Shown in pieces: positions 1 to 8,735 of a stretch of 64,000 bases of DNA (position 1 is its first letter; every line of letters starts with the position of its first letter). Origin of the DNA: Candidatus Multivorans sp. (GTDB lineage Bacteria; Acidobacteriota; Thermoanaerobaculia; Multivoradales; Multivoraceae); NCBI GenBank assembly GCA_965224025.1, contig OZ245033.1, forward strand, positions 3,200,001 through 3,264,000, read 5' to 3'. The translations under genes were made by a program, and so were the position numbers. The notes under the pieces were generated by a model. It was not told the origin of the DNA, searched no databases, and saw only the letters and a program-made list of their open reading frames with translations.

Positions 1-721
1 TCGGCCGGCGGGCGCCCTCTACCTGCTGCCGCTGTGGCACCCGCTGATCGTCGCGGAGCAGGTCGGCACGCTGGCCAGCGTGATGGAGGGCCGGTTCATC
101 CTCCAGTGCGCGATCGGCCCGGCCGACAACCAGTTTGCGGCCATGGGCGTCCCGGCGCGTCAGCGGCCGTCGCGATTCGAACAGTCGCTCTCGATCCTGC
201 GCCGACTCTGGGCCGGAGAGACGGTCACGACCGATGGTGAGAACGACCGTTTCGGGATGCACGAGGCGCGGATCGCGCCCTGTCCGCCGGAACCGGTCGA
301 GGTCTGGGTCGGCGCTTCGGCGCCGCCGGCGATCGACCGCGCCGCGCGGCTGGGCGACGGCTGGTTGGCGGCGCCCGGTCTGACGCCGGACCAGGCGGCG
401 GAGCAGCTCCGGCGCTACCGGGAGGCCTGTGAACGGCACGATCGTCCGGTCGGCGCGTGCGCGATCCGGCGCGACATCTATGTCGGTGAGACGGCTGCCG
501 AAGCCGAGGCCCTGGCGGGGAAGATGATCGATCGCGGATACCGGGGCTTTCCGCCGGAGGCGCTCATCGTGGGCGACGTGGAACGGGTCGCAGCGGCGTT
601 CGCTGAACTGGGCGCGATGGGGTACGACGAGGTCGTGGTGCGGCACCTGGTGCAGGATCCGGCGCGGGCGCTCGACTCCATCGGGCGCCTGGCCGGGGTC
701 AGGGAGAGGCTGGGTTGCTAG
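1..721 (+). CDS. LLM-class (luciferase-like) flavin-dependent oxidoreductase, 5' end outside window
   Basis: Frame open from position 2 (PLWHPLIVAEQVGTLAS); motifs VWVGASAPPAIDRAARLGDGW and ALIVGDVERV. Confidence 0.85.
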   Translation, partial: RPAGALYLLPLWHPLIVAEQVGTLASVMEGRFILQCAIGPADNQFAAMGVPARQRPSRFEQSLSILRRLWAGETVTTDGENDRFGMHEARIAPCPPEPVEVWVGASAPPAIDRAARLGDGWLAAPGLTPDQAAEQLRRYREACERHDRPVGACAIRRDIYVGETAAEAEALAGKMIDRGYRGFPPEALIVGDVERVAAAFAELGAMGYDEVVVRHLVQDPARALDSIGRLAGVRERLGC

Positions 722-1320
722 CGGCGCGGCACGTCGTCCGGGAACGGCTCCAGGCCCTCGTCGAGTTCGACCTGGATGCTCCTGAGCGCCATCGACACCA
801 TCCGGTATTGGCCGACGGTGAAGATGAGGTCGATCATCTGCTGGTCGCTGTAGCGGGCTTTCAGGAATGCCCAGGTGCGGTCCGAGATGGCCGAGCGCGA
901 ATGCAGCTCGTTGGCGGCGCTTAGCAGGTAGCGCTCAAAGCTGCTCCACGGCCCCGCGTTCACACCCACGGCGATATTCCTGATCTCTTCGTCCGTCATC
1001 CCTGCAGCCTTTGCTGCGCGGGCGTGGTACCCCCATTCGTACTCGGCCTCATTGAGCCAGGCGGTGCGCAGGATGACCATCTCGCGGTCCCGGTCGGGCA
1101 AGGTACTGCCGCGCAGAATGTAGCCTCCGAAGGGCCCCCAAGCCTCCATCAGCGGCGGGTGATGGGAGAGGGTGCGGATCAGGTTGATGCTCTCGACACC
1201 CTCGGCCGGTGGGATTCTGGGCCCAGTGTCGCGCCTCTGCCTCTGTGCCGAGAGCGAGCTGGCGGCAAGGGCCAGGCAGAGGGCGGCCGCGGCGGTCTTG
1301 CGGGGTGTCAGCGTGCTCAT
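718..1320 (-). CDS. Carboxymuconolactone decarboxylase (CMD/AhpD-like) family protein with signal peptide
   Basis: STLPDRDREMVILRTAWLNEAEYEWGYH motif; N-terminal AAAALCLALAASSLSA. Confidence 0.75.
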   Translation of the reverse strand: MSTLTPRKTAAAALCLALAASSLSAQRQRRDTGPRIPPAEGVESINLIRTLSHHPPLMEAWGPFGGYILRGSTLPDRDREMVILRTAWLNEAEYEWGYHARAAKAAGMTDEEIRNIAVGVNAGPWSSFERYLLSAANELHSRSAISDRTWAFLKARYSDQQMIDLIFTVGQYRMVSMALRSIQVELDEGLEPFPDDVPRR

Positions 1321-1362
1321 CGTCGATCCTCCTTGTCGCGGCTCACTATAGCCGCCGGGTCT

Positions 1363-3069
1363 CTACTCTCCGGCTCGACTCCGGCGTGCGGCCGCGGTCT
1401 TGAAGCCGGAGTACTTGGGCTGATCGATCGCGATCTGGTTGACCACGGTGGCGCGGAGGTGCTCGTGGAGCCGGGTGTCGTCGAGCGCGATGGCCTCGTC
1501 GCGAATCGCGTGGACCAGCTTCCAGCGCAGGTTGAGCAGCGAGCCGTCGGCGTCGAGCAGGCGGCGGAGCCGTTCGTGTTCGCTGTGACGGTGTTCGGCG
1601 CCGAAGTGCAGGTCCCGGTACACGATGTCGAGCGCGTTGCCGGCGACCAGCGCGTGGAAGCGGGTTCGCCCGGTGGTTTCGTCCCGTACCGGGCCGTGCA
1701 GGAAGTCGCGCGTCGCGCCGACGAGCTCCTCGAGGCGCGGCATGTCGGGGTCCTCGAGCTGCTCGGGCGCCGCGACGAGTTCGACGGGACCGGGGATCAG
1801 GAGATTTGTGCAGTCGACCTGGCACTCCGTCGTGCGGCGGCCGATCGTCACCCGCTCGACGGAGCGGTCCAGGCCGATCCGGTAGGCCTTGGTCATGCCG
1901 AGAGTGGAGACCGCCCACCAGTAGGAGCCGAAGACCTCCCAGTACTGGACACGACGGAGGTCGACCCGGTTCCCGCTCGTCGCCTCGTAGCCGGCGAAGA
2001 GGTCCTCGTAGGCGCCGAAACCGCCGACCGGCAGTTCGGGGCCGGCGCCGTAGCGCCAGGAGTTCGTACAGATCCAGCCCAGGTCGCGCATAGGGTCGCC
2101 GATATGGGCGATCTCCCAGTCGAGCACCGCGACGACGCCGGTCCGATCGACCATCAGGTTGCCGTTGCGGAAGTCGTTGTGAACAAGGGTCTGTTCAGTC
2201 GACTCGGGAAGGTTCTCGGTGAGCCAGCGTCCCGTGAAGTCGATCATCGGCTGCGGTGTTCCGAGGGCCTCGTAGCGGCCGCGGGTCTGCTCGATGAAGT
2301 CGGCGGCGCTCAGGCGCGCGAGGTCGCGGTCGAGTCCGTGTGCTTCGAGGTCGATGCTGTGCAGTCGGCCAAGGATCTCGCCGCACTGACGGGCCAGCTT
2401 GGGGCGGACTTCGGCGAGGTCGGGCGAGCGGACGATCCGCGCACCCAGTGCGATGCCGTCGAGCCACTCCATGACGAAGCCGCCCCCAAGATCGTCGCCC
2501 GGCTCCAGGATGTAGAAGACCTCGGGCTCCGGAATGCCGTTGCTTCGGGCGACCTGCATCAGCTTCGCCTCGATCCGAAGCCCCGGCGCGCTGCGCTCGA
2601 CGGCAGGAGCTTCTTCCTGCTTTCCGCCCTGGGATCGCCGGAGTGCGAGCTGGCGATCACCGGCCTCCGTTTCGATCCGTAGACGGTAGGTCTCCTGGCT
2701 GGCGCCGCCCGAGAGCCTCTCGACCGCGGCCAGATGCTCGCAGCCCGCGATCTCGCGCCGGAGCACGCACTCCAGTCGCGCCTCGAAGCTGTCCTTCTCC
2801 CATGTGCCGCCGCTGCCGCCGGCCACTGGAGCGAGCAGGTAGATCTCGTCGCCGTCCTGGAGCGGCCGTTCGCGGTTCGTCTCCAGGGGGCAGCGCTCAC
2901 CGTTGATCATCAGGGTGTCGCGCAGATGGGTCGAGGACTTGATCGCCTCGGACAGCGGCACGCCGGCGCGGTCGGCGGCCGGCAGGAGCTCGGCCAGCGT
3001 AGCGCCGGGCGCCAGACGGAAGGTGCGGTCGACATCGTGCCAGCCAGCTCCGATCCGGCCGCGGATCAA
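1363..3069 (-). CDS. Fusion: MoaD/ThiS ubiquitin-like domain + APH-family phosphotransferase + small C-terminal helical domain (LvaA/LvaB-like); start uncertain
   Basis: [16 protein letters not shown] (ThiS/MoaD end), [18 protein letters not shown] and VLDWE kinase motifs, C-terminal [11 protein letters not shown]. Confidence 0.75.
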   Translation of the reverse strand: MIRGRIGAGWHDVDRTFRLAPGATLAELLPAADRAGVPLSEAIKSSTHLRDTLMINGERCPLETNRERPLQDGDEIYLLAPVAGGSGGTWEKDSFEARLECVLRREIAGCEHLAAVERLSGGASQETYRLRIETEAGDRQLALRRSQGGKQEEAPAVERSAPGLRIEAKLMQVARSNGIPEPEVFYILEPGDDLGGGFVMEWLDGIALGARIVRSPDLAEVRPKLARQCGEILGRLHSIDLEAHGLDRDLARLSAADFIEQTRGRYEALGTPQPMIDFTGRWLTENLPESTEQTLVHNDFRNGNLMVDRTGVVAVLDWEIAHIGDPMRDLGWICTNSWRYGAGPELPVGGFGAYEDLFAGYEATSGNRVDLRRVQYWEVFGSYWWAVSTLGMTKAYRIGLDRSVERVTIGRRTTECQVDCTNLLIPGPVELVAAPEQLEDPDMPRLEELVGATRDFLHGPVRDETTGRTRFHALVAGNALDIVYRDLHFGAEHRHSEHERLRRLLDADGSLLNLRWKLVHAIRDEAIALDDTRLHEHLRATVVNQIAIDQPKYSGFKTAAARRSRAGE

Positions 3070-3122
3070 AACCCGGACGCGACGTACCGCTTCGCCAGAG
3101 CGCTGGCGTCGAGAAACAGCAT
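3066..3122 (-). pseudogene. Truncated PIN/VapC toxin N-terminus
   Basis: ATG overlaps the antitoxin stop (TGATG); reads [18 protein letters not shown]. Confidence 0.65.
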
Positions 3123-3405
3123 CAGAATCGGTCGTCTCGATCCTCGACGATGGTGTCCGCGATCGATCCGCCGCGCACCGGGACCGGTTCAACGGACGCC
3201 GCAAGGCGAGCGGTCCTCAGCGTCACGAGTCCCCGGGCCGCAAGGTCGGGGAGTATCTCCTCCTCGTCCGAGGCGGCCTTCGGCACGGGCCGCGGTTCGG
3301 CGACCGGTCGTCCTCGTTCGGTCACGAGAATCACCGACCCCCTCGCACCCTCCGGAGGTGCGTGCCCAGCCTTGTGTTGAGTTCTCTTGCTCCAACGGTC
3401 ACCAT
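3122..3405 (-). pseudogene. Frameshifted Phd/YefM antitoxin
   Basis: MVTVGARELNTRLGTHLRRVRGGR* continues in another frame as VILVTERGRPVAE. Confidence 0.75.
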
Positions 3406-3441
3406 GTGACCATTGTAGGCACAAGAGCGCGGGTCAGGCAA
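3397..3441 (-). promoter_or_regulatory. Putative sigma70 promoter and palindromic operator of the decayed TA module
   Basis: TTGCCT-18 bp-TACAAT; GGTCAC-ATG-GTGACC inverted repeat over the start codon. Confidence 0.45.
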
Positions 3442-3476
3442 TCGCAACCGGTGCTGCCTGGCCCGTTGCGGACTCG

Positions 3477-4013
3477 TCAGCGTCGCTTCAGGTGGAAGGT
3501 CATCGTGCCGGACTCTCTGTCTCCCTCGTGGGCCTTCCAGGCGCTGTCGAGCCGGTCCTTGCCGTCGAGCCGGATCTCTGCCGAGTGGATGTGGCTGGGC
3601 GTGGTTTCGAGGTTCGTGCCACCGTCGAAATCGAAGGCCAGGCGGTTCGGAGCGCTGGTGGCGGCGTTGAACTTCATCCGCGGCTGGTTGCCGCCCGAGC
3701 AGTAGTGGGTGAGGACGAGGTCGGAGCCGTCGAGGTGGTACATGTTGACCATCTCGTAGTCGGTGTCCGGCCCCATGCGCTCCATCAGCACGTGGCCGCT
3801 GGCGGTGACCTCAAACTCGTGGACGACGGTTCCGGTACCGTCCGCCTCCGCCGCGGCCTCGGCGCCCTCGCCGCTGGCCGAACCCTCCCAGGTCCCCGCC
3901 AGCGCCTTCAGGCGCTCGAACGCCTTCTCGGCGGTCAGGTCGTCGGACGCCGTCGCGGCAGCCGGAAGCGCCAGGACGGCCGCGACGGCCGCGATCCACT
4001 GGATTCTCTTCAT
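3477..4013 (-). CDS. Secreted conserved hypothetical protein
   Basis: Signal peptide, AGGAGA RBS, LVLTHYCSGGNQPRM segment. Confidence 0.75.
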   Translation of the reverse strand: MKRIQWIAAVAAVLALPAAATASDDLTAEKAFERLKALAGTWEGSASGEGAEAAAEADGTGTVVHEFEVTASGHVLMERMGPDTDYEMVNMYHLDGSDLVLTHYCSGGNQPRMKFNAATSAPNRLAFDFDGGTNLETTPSHIHSAEIRLDGKDRLDSAWKAHEGDRESGTMTFHLKRR

Positions 4014-4189
4014 TTCGTGTCTCCTCTTGGGGCGGGATGATGGTATCAGGGCAGTAGGATAGCGCCCTTCGTCCAGGCGGCAGCAGGCTGCCGACCAGTG
4101 TGCCGTGCGGCCCGGCGGGGCCGTGGACGAGTTCCGCTAGCCACTCGCCGGGAAGCCGCTGATGGAGTCATCGCGTATTCTCTCGCGTC

Positions 4190-5104
4190 GTGCCAGAACT
4201 CCCATTTCTGCCCGAGAGCCTGCGCCTGCACGGAGCGGGCGGTGTCGAACTGCGGGTCTACGACTACGGCAACGCGGAGGCGCCGCCCCTGGTCCTGCTT
4301 CACGGCATGCAGGACCTGGCGATGGCGTTCGAGCCGTTGGCGAACCGGTTCCGCGACCGCTACCGCGTCGTCTCGCTCGATTTGCGCGGCCACGGCGACA
4401 GCGGCAAGCCGGGCGTCTATGCGCTGCCGCACTTCATCGCCGATCTCCACGCGGTCATCTTCCAACTCCAGCTCAAGCGGCCGGTGCTGGTCGGCCACAG
4501 CCTGGGCGGTCACATCGTGAGCCACTACGCCGCGGTGTTCAGCGACGTACCGAGCGTCGTCGTCAACATCGACGGCGTCGGCGCTCCGTTCCGCGAGAGC
4601 GACATGCCGGTCGAGAACCGGCAGCTTCGCCTCCAGAACGGCCATACGAGCCTGTTGCGGCCTGGAGGCCACAAGCGGCCGATGATGGACCTGGACGACG
4701 CCTGGCGGCTGTACTGCCGGTTCCATCCCGGGCTCGACCACGATCTGGCGCGGCACCTGGTCGAGATCGGCACCACCGAGCATCCGTACGGCGGCCTGCA
4801 GTGGAAGTGGGACCCGCAGGTCGAGACGACGGGGCTGACGATGTCGTCACAGTTGGCGGCGGAGCGCTGGCCCTGGATTGCCTGCCCGGTCCTGGTCGTC
4901 ACGGGCGGCCGCTCGGCCGACTTCTACCGTGGGCGCGGCGGCATCGACTACGGCACGCCGGCGGCGCCGGACGAAATCGATCGTCGCGTCCGCCTGTTCC
5001 GCAACGTTCACCACGTCGAGATCCCGGAGGCGGGCCACATGGTCCACTTCGACGCGCCGGAACGGCTGGGCGAGATCATCGGCAACTACCTGGATGCGGG
5101 GTAG
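4190..5104 (+). CDS. Alpha/beta fold hydrolase
   Basis: LLHG, DLRGHGDS, GHSLGG nucleophile elbow, AGHMVH. Confidence 0.9.
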   Translation: MPELPFLPESLRLHGAGGVELRVYDYGNAEAPPLVLLHGMQDLAMAFEPLANRFRDRYRVVSLDLRGHGDSGKPGVYALPHFIADLHAVIFQLQLKRPVLVGHSLGGHIVSHYAAVFSDVPSVVVNIDGVGAPFRESDMPVENRQLRLQNGHTSLLRPGGHKRPMMDLDDAWRLYCRFHPGLDHDLARHLVEIGTTEHPYGGLQWKWDPQVETTGLTMSSQLAAERWPWIACPVLVVTGGRSADFYRGRGGIDYGTPAAPDEIDRRVRLFRNVHHVEIPEAGHMVHFDAPERLGEIIGNYLDAG

Positions 5105-5111
5105 CAGGACC

Positions 5112-6359
5112 ATGGACTTCGAGATTCCCCAGGACATTCGCGACAAGCTGGCCGAACTCGACGACTTCATCGAGCGCGAGATCAAGCCGTTGGAGCAGCA
5201 GGACGACAACATCCGTTTCTTCGATCAGCGTCGCGAGTGGGCGCGGACGGACTTCGACAACGACGGAACGCCGCGGCCCGAGTGGGAGGCCCTGCTGCGC
5301 GAGATGAAGCGCCGCGCCGACGCGGCCGGCCATCTGCGCTTCGGCCTGCCGAAGGAACTCGGCGGCCAGGACGGCTCGAACCTGGCGATGGCGGTGATCC
5401 GGGAGCACCTGGCCGCCAAGGGGCTGGGCCTGCACAACGACCTGCAGAACGAGTCCTCGATCGTCGGCAACTTCCCGACCGTGATCATGATGCACCGCTT
5501 CGGGACGCCCTCCCAGAAGGCGCGGTTCATGGAGGGCATGATGACCGGCGCGGTGCGGATGGGCTTCGGCCTGACCGAGCCGGACCACGGCTCGGACGCG
5601 ACCTGGCTCGAGACGTCTGGAGTCCGCCACGGCGACGACTGGGTGATCAACGGCGCCAAACGGTTCAACTCGGGCCTCCACGCGGCCACGCACGACCTGA
5701 TCTTCGCCCGCACCTCGGGCGATCCGGGGAAGGCGGACGGCGTCACCTGCTTCATCGTGCCGACGAATTCACCCGGCTTCGAGATCCCCTTCATGTGGTG
5801 GACCTTCAACATGCCGACCGACCACGCCGAAGTGTCGTTGACCGACGTGCGCGTGCCGAACGAAGCGATCCTCGGCGAAGAGGGCCGCGGCCTCGCACTG
5901 GCCCAGACCTTCGTTCACGAGAACCGCATCCGCCAGGCCGCTTCCGGTGTCGGCGCCGCCCAGTTCTGCATCAACGAGAGCGTCAAGTACGCCCGCGAGC
6001 GAACCGTCTTCGGCAAGCCGCTATGGCTGAACCAGGCGATCCAGTTCCCCCTCGCCGAACTCCAGACCGAGTGCGAGATGGTGCGCAACCTCGTCTACAA
6101 GACCGCCTGGGAGCTCGACCAGCAGCACCACATGGAGGTCACCGACAAGGTCTCCATGTGCAACTACCGCGCGAACCGCCTCGTCTGCAACGCCGCCGAC
6201 CGCGCCATCCAGACCCACGGCGGCATCGGCTACACCCGCCACATGCCCTTCGAGCACATCTACCGCCACCACCGCCGCTACCGCATCACCGAAGGCTCCG
6301 AAGAGATCCAGATCCGCCGCGTCGCGGGGATCATGTTCGGCAAGCGGGCGAAGCGGTAG
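5112..6359 (+). CDS. Acyl-CoA dehydrogenase
   Basis: FGLTEPDHGSD, INGAKRF, AIQTHGGIG, RITEGSEEI; AGGA RBS before ATG 5112. Confidence 0.92.
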   Translation: MDFEIPQDIRDKLAELDDFIEREIKPLEQQDDNIRFFDQRREWARTDFDNDGTPRPEWEALLREMKRRADAAGHLRFGLPKELGGQDGSNLAMAVIREHLAAKGLGLHNDLQNESSIVGNFPTVIMMHRFGTPSQKARFMEGMMTGAVRMGFGLTEPDHGSDATWLETSGVRHGDDWVINGAKRFNSGLHAATHDLIFARTSGDPGKADGVTCFIVPTNSPGFEIPFMWWTFNMPTDHAEVSLTDVRVPNEAILGEEGRGLALAQTFVHENRIRQAASGVGAAQFCINESVKYARERTVFGKPLWLNQAIQFPLAELQTECEMVRNLVYKTAWELDQQHHMEVTDKVSMCNYRANRLVCNAADRAIQTHGGIGYTRHMPFEHIYRHHRRYRITEGSEEIQIRRVAGIMFGKRAKR

Positions 6360-6372
6360 TAGACTGTCGCGC

Positions 6373-6645
6373 ATGAGCGAGGCGACCTTCGACACACTTT
6401 CCGCCGCTCGCGCTCTGGAGAGCGCCGGGATGGACACCGCTCAGGCGGAGGTCGTCGTCGAAACCGTTCGCTCCGCGGTGATCCAGGGTACCGCTACCAG
6501 GGCGGACATCGCGGACCTTCGGGCCGACATGCGGGCCTATCTGGCAGCACTGGAACTGCGCCTGACCAAGCAACTGCATCGTCAGACGGCAATCCTCGCC
6601 GGCCTCGTGGCGGCAGCCGCCGCACTCTTTCGGGTGCTGGGCTAG
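6373..6645 (+). CDS. DUF1640/CCDC90-like small coiled-coil membrane protein
   Basis: FDTLSAARALESAGMDTAQAE, ATRADI, C-terminal hydrophobic helix. Confidence 0.7.
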   Translation: MSEATFDTLSAARALESAGMDTAQAEVVVETVRSAVIQGTATRADIADLRADMRAYLAALELRLTKQLHRQTAILAGLVAAAAALFRVLG

Positions 6646-6698
6646 GTGGCAACGCCCCAGGTAGCGCGCACTGCCGCAGGCCGGCACCGGGTCGAAGC

Positions 6699-6890
6699 GA
6701 CCGCGAAGGCTTCGTGGACCGGGAAGCGGACGAGCGCCGCCCGCGCGACCTGGTCGCCAGGCTGCGCGGGCTGAAGTTCGAATCTCCGACCCAGGGCATG
6801 ACACTCGACATCCTGCGCGACCTCAGGTCGTGATCGTCGTCAGCGCCTCGGTCTCGATCAGGTGTTCGTGTCCGGCGAGCCGCTAGCGAG
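6699..6890 (+). pseudogene. Degenerate fragment of the Phd/VapC module found intact at 11405-12075
   Basis: FVDREADERR..LRGLKFESPTQGMTLDILRDLRS* then GTG VIVVSASVSI with frameshift to FVSGEPL. Confidence 0.8.
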
Positions 6891-7020
6891 CGCCGTCGCA
6901 TCATGAGCCGAAGATCCGATGCCGCTGTCCGCCCGACTCCGGCGGCGGTGGAGCGTGTAGGCCGCCCGGTCGCCGATTCTCGACGAGCCCGAGGACGGAG
7001 GGGCGGGAGCGCCCCGCGAG

Positions 7021-7572
7021 CTACGATGTCGGCTCGAGGATCGCCTGGTAGGTGAGACGGCGGCTCAGCGAGCGAACGTCCGGGCGCAGGGGGCCGAAGT
7101 GCTGGATCATGCCGACGAAGACGAGATCTTCCTTCGGGTCGATCCAGAACCAGGTGCCGGCGGCGCCGCCCCAGTAGTACTCGCCCTTGGAGATGCCGTC
7201 GGCGGCGACGGGGTCGAGGATGACCGCGAAGTCGAGGCCGAAGCCGGTGCCCGGGGACATCTCGCCGAGTTCGCGAGGGAGGTGGTTCCGGTGCATCAGT
7301 TTGACGGTCGAGGGCGCGAGGATGCGCGCGCCGTCCAGTTCGCCGCCGTTGAGGAGCATCTGGCTGAAGCGCATGTAGTCCCTCGTGGTCGATACCAGGC
7401 CGCCGCCGCCGGAGAGGAATGTGGGCGGATCGAGGTAGTCGCGGCGGCCGCCGAAGCCCTCCTGGGCGAGCAGGTTGCCGTCCTCATCGTGGGTGTAGAC
7501 CTGGGAGAAGCGGTCGGCCTTGTCTGCCGCGACGTGGAAGGCGGTGTCGTTCATGCCCAGCGGACCGAACAC
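7021..7572 (-). pseudogene. Serine hydrolase (beta-lactamase family), C-terminal half only
   Basis: FGPLGMNDT, SGGGGLVST, YYWGGAAGT; SxxK half absent. Confidence 0.75.
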
Positions 7573-7654
7573 CGGAAGCCGCGCATCCTACCAGTCTGCG
7601 ACGCTCGGATGGCCGCTCGGTTGAGGCGGCCGCTGCTACGATTGGCGGCTCGCG

Positions 7655-8659
7655 ATGGAGAAGACGATCGACAGGCCCAAGCTGGCGCGGGACATCATGG
7701 TGACCAAGCTGGTCACGGTGCATCCTCGTACCCACGTGTACGACGGCATCAGCGCCTTGCTGCGCCATCGCATCACCGGCGCGCCGGTGATCGACGAGCG
7801 GCATCGCTACCTGGGCATGCTGTCCGAGAAGAGTTGCCTTGCCGTGCTCACGGTGACCGCGCGCGGGGCGGACGAGCGCGGTCTGGCCCGGAGCCGGAGC
7901 ACGCTGGCCCGCGACTTCATGGCCACCCGCCTGGTGACGCTGCAGGCCGGCATGTCCGCGCTCGACGCGATCGGTCTGCTGCTCAAGAACCGGATTTCGG
8001 GCGCGCCGGTGGTCGATGAGAACGGTCGGCTGCTGGGGGTCTTCTCCGAGAAATTCTCGATGGAGGTCCTCCTGGGACTGGCCTACGACCAGTTGCCGGC
8101 GGCGCCGGTCGACGCCTTCATGAACACGGACTTCGGCCGCGTGATCGACGGTTCCGAGCCCCTGCTCGAGATCGCCCAGCGGTTTCTCGATACGGAGTAT
8201 CGGCGCCTTCCGGTTGTCGACGGCGGTGCGCTTGTAGGCCAGGTCAGCCGCCGGGACGTGCTCGCGGCGTCGCACCACCTGACATCGGCGCTCGACGGCC
8301 GTCGCTCGATACTGCGCGAGCGCAGCGGCGAACTCGGCCTGGAGGATCTGGCGGCGCCGGACGACGAAGGCGAATCCGGGGACTTCGAACTCGACTCCAC
8401 GGACGCGTCGGCCTTCATGGACCGCAAGGCGCGCACGATCTCCGAGGACACGGACATCCTGAGCATCGCCCGCATCTTCAAGAGCACGCCCTATCGCCGG
8501 CTGCCGGTGCTCCGGGGCCGCGGGCTGGCCGGGCAGATCAGCCGCCGGGACGTGCTCGCCGCCACCCACGGCCTCCTGGTGCGGGAGCCGCAGCCGGGTC
8601 AGGCGCTGCTCTACCTGAGTGCCGTGGTCGATTCCGGCGAGCGGCCCTCGTTGTCCTGA
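7655..8659 (+). CDS. Multi-CBS-domain protein
   Basis: Repeated ARDxM..GAPV(I/V)D..G(M/V)(L/F)SEK and YRRLPV..GQ(V/I)SRRDVL units. Confidence 0.85.
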   Translation: MEKTIDRPKLARDIMVTKLVTVHPRTHVYDGISALLRHRITGAPVIDERHRYLGMLSEKSCLAVLTVTARGADERGLARSRSTLARDFMATRLVTLQAGMSALDAIGLLLKNRISGAPVVDENGRLLGVFSEKFSMEVLLGLAYDQLPAAPVDAFMNTDFGRVIDGSEPLLEIAQRFLDTEYRRLPVVDGGALVGQVSRRDVLAASHHLTSALDGRRSILRERSGELGLEDLAAPDDEGESGDFELDSTDASAFMDRKARTISEDTDILSIARIFKSTPYRRLPVLRGRGLAGQISRRDVLAATHGLLVREPQPGQALLYLSAVVDSGERPSLS

Positions 8660-8735
8660 CCCCTGAGTGTCGCAGTCTGGGCCGCGATAGGTTCGGTCCC
8701 TTGATCCCCGGTTTGGAAGACTGGAAGGAGAAGCC

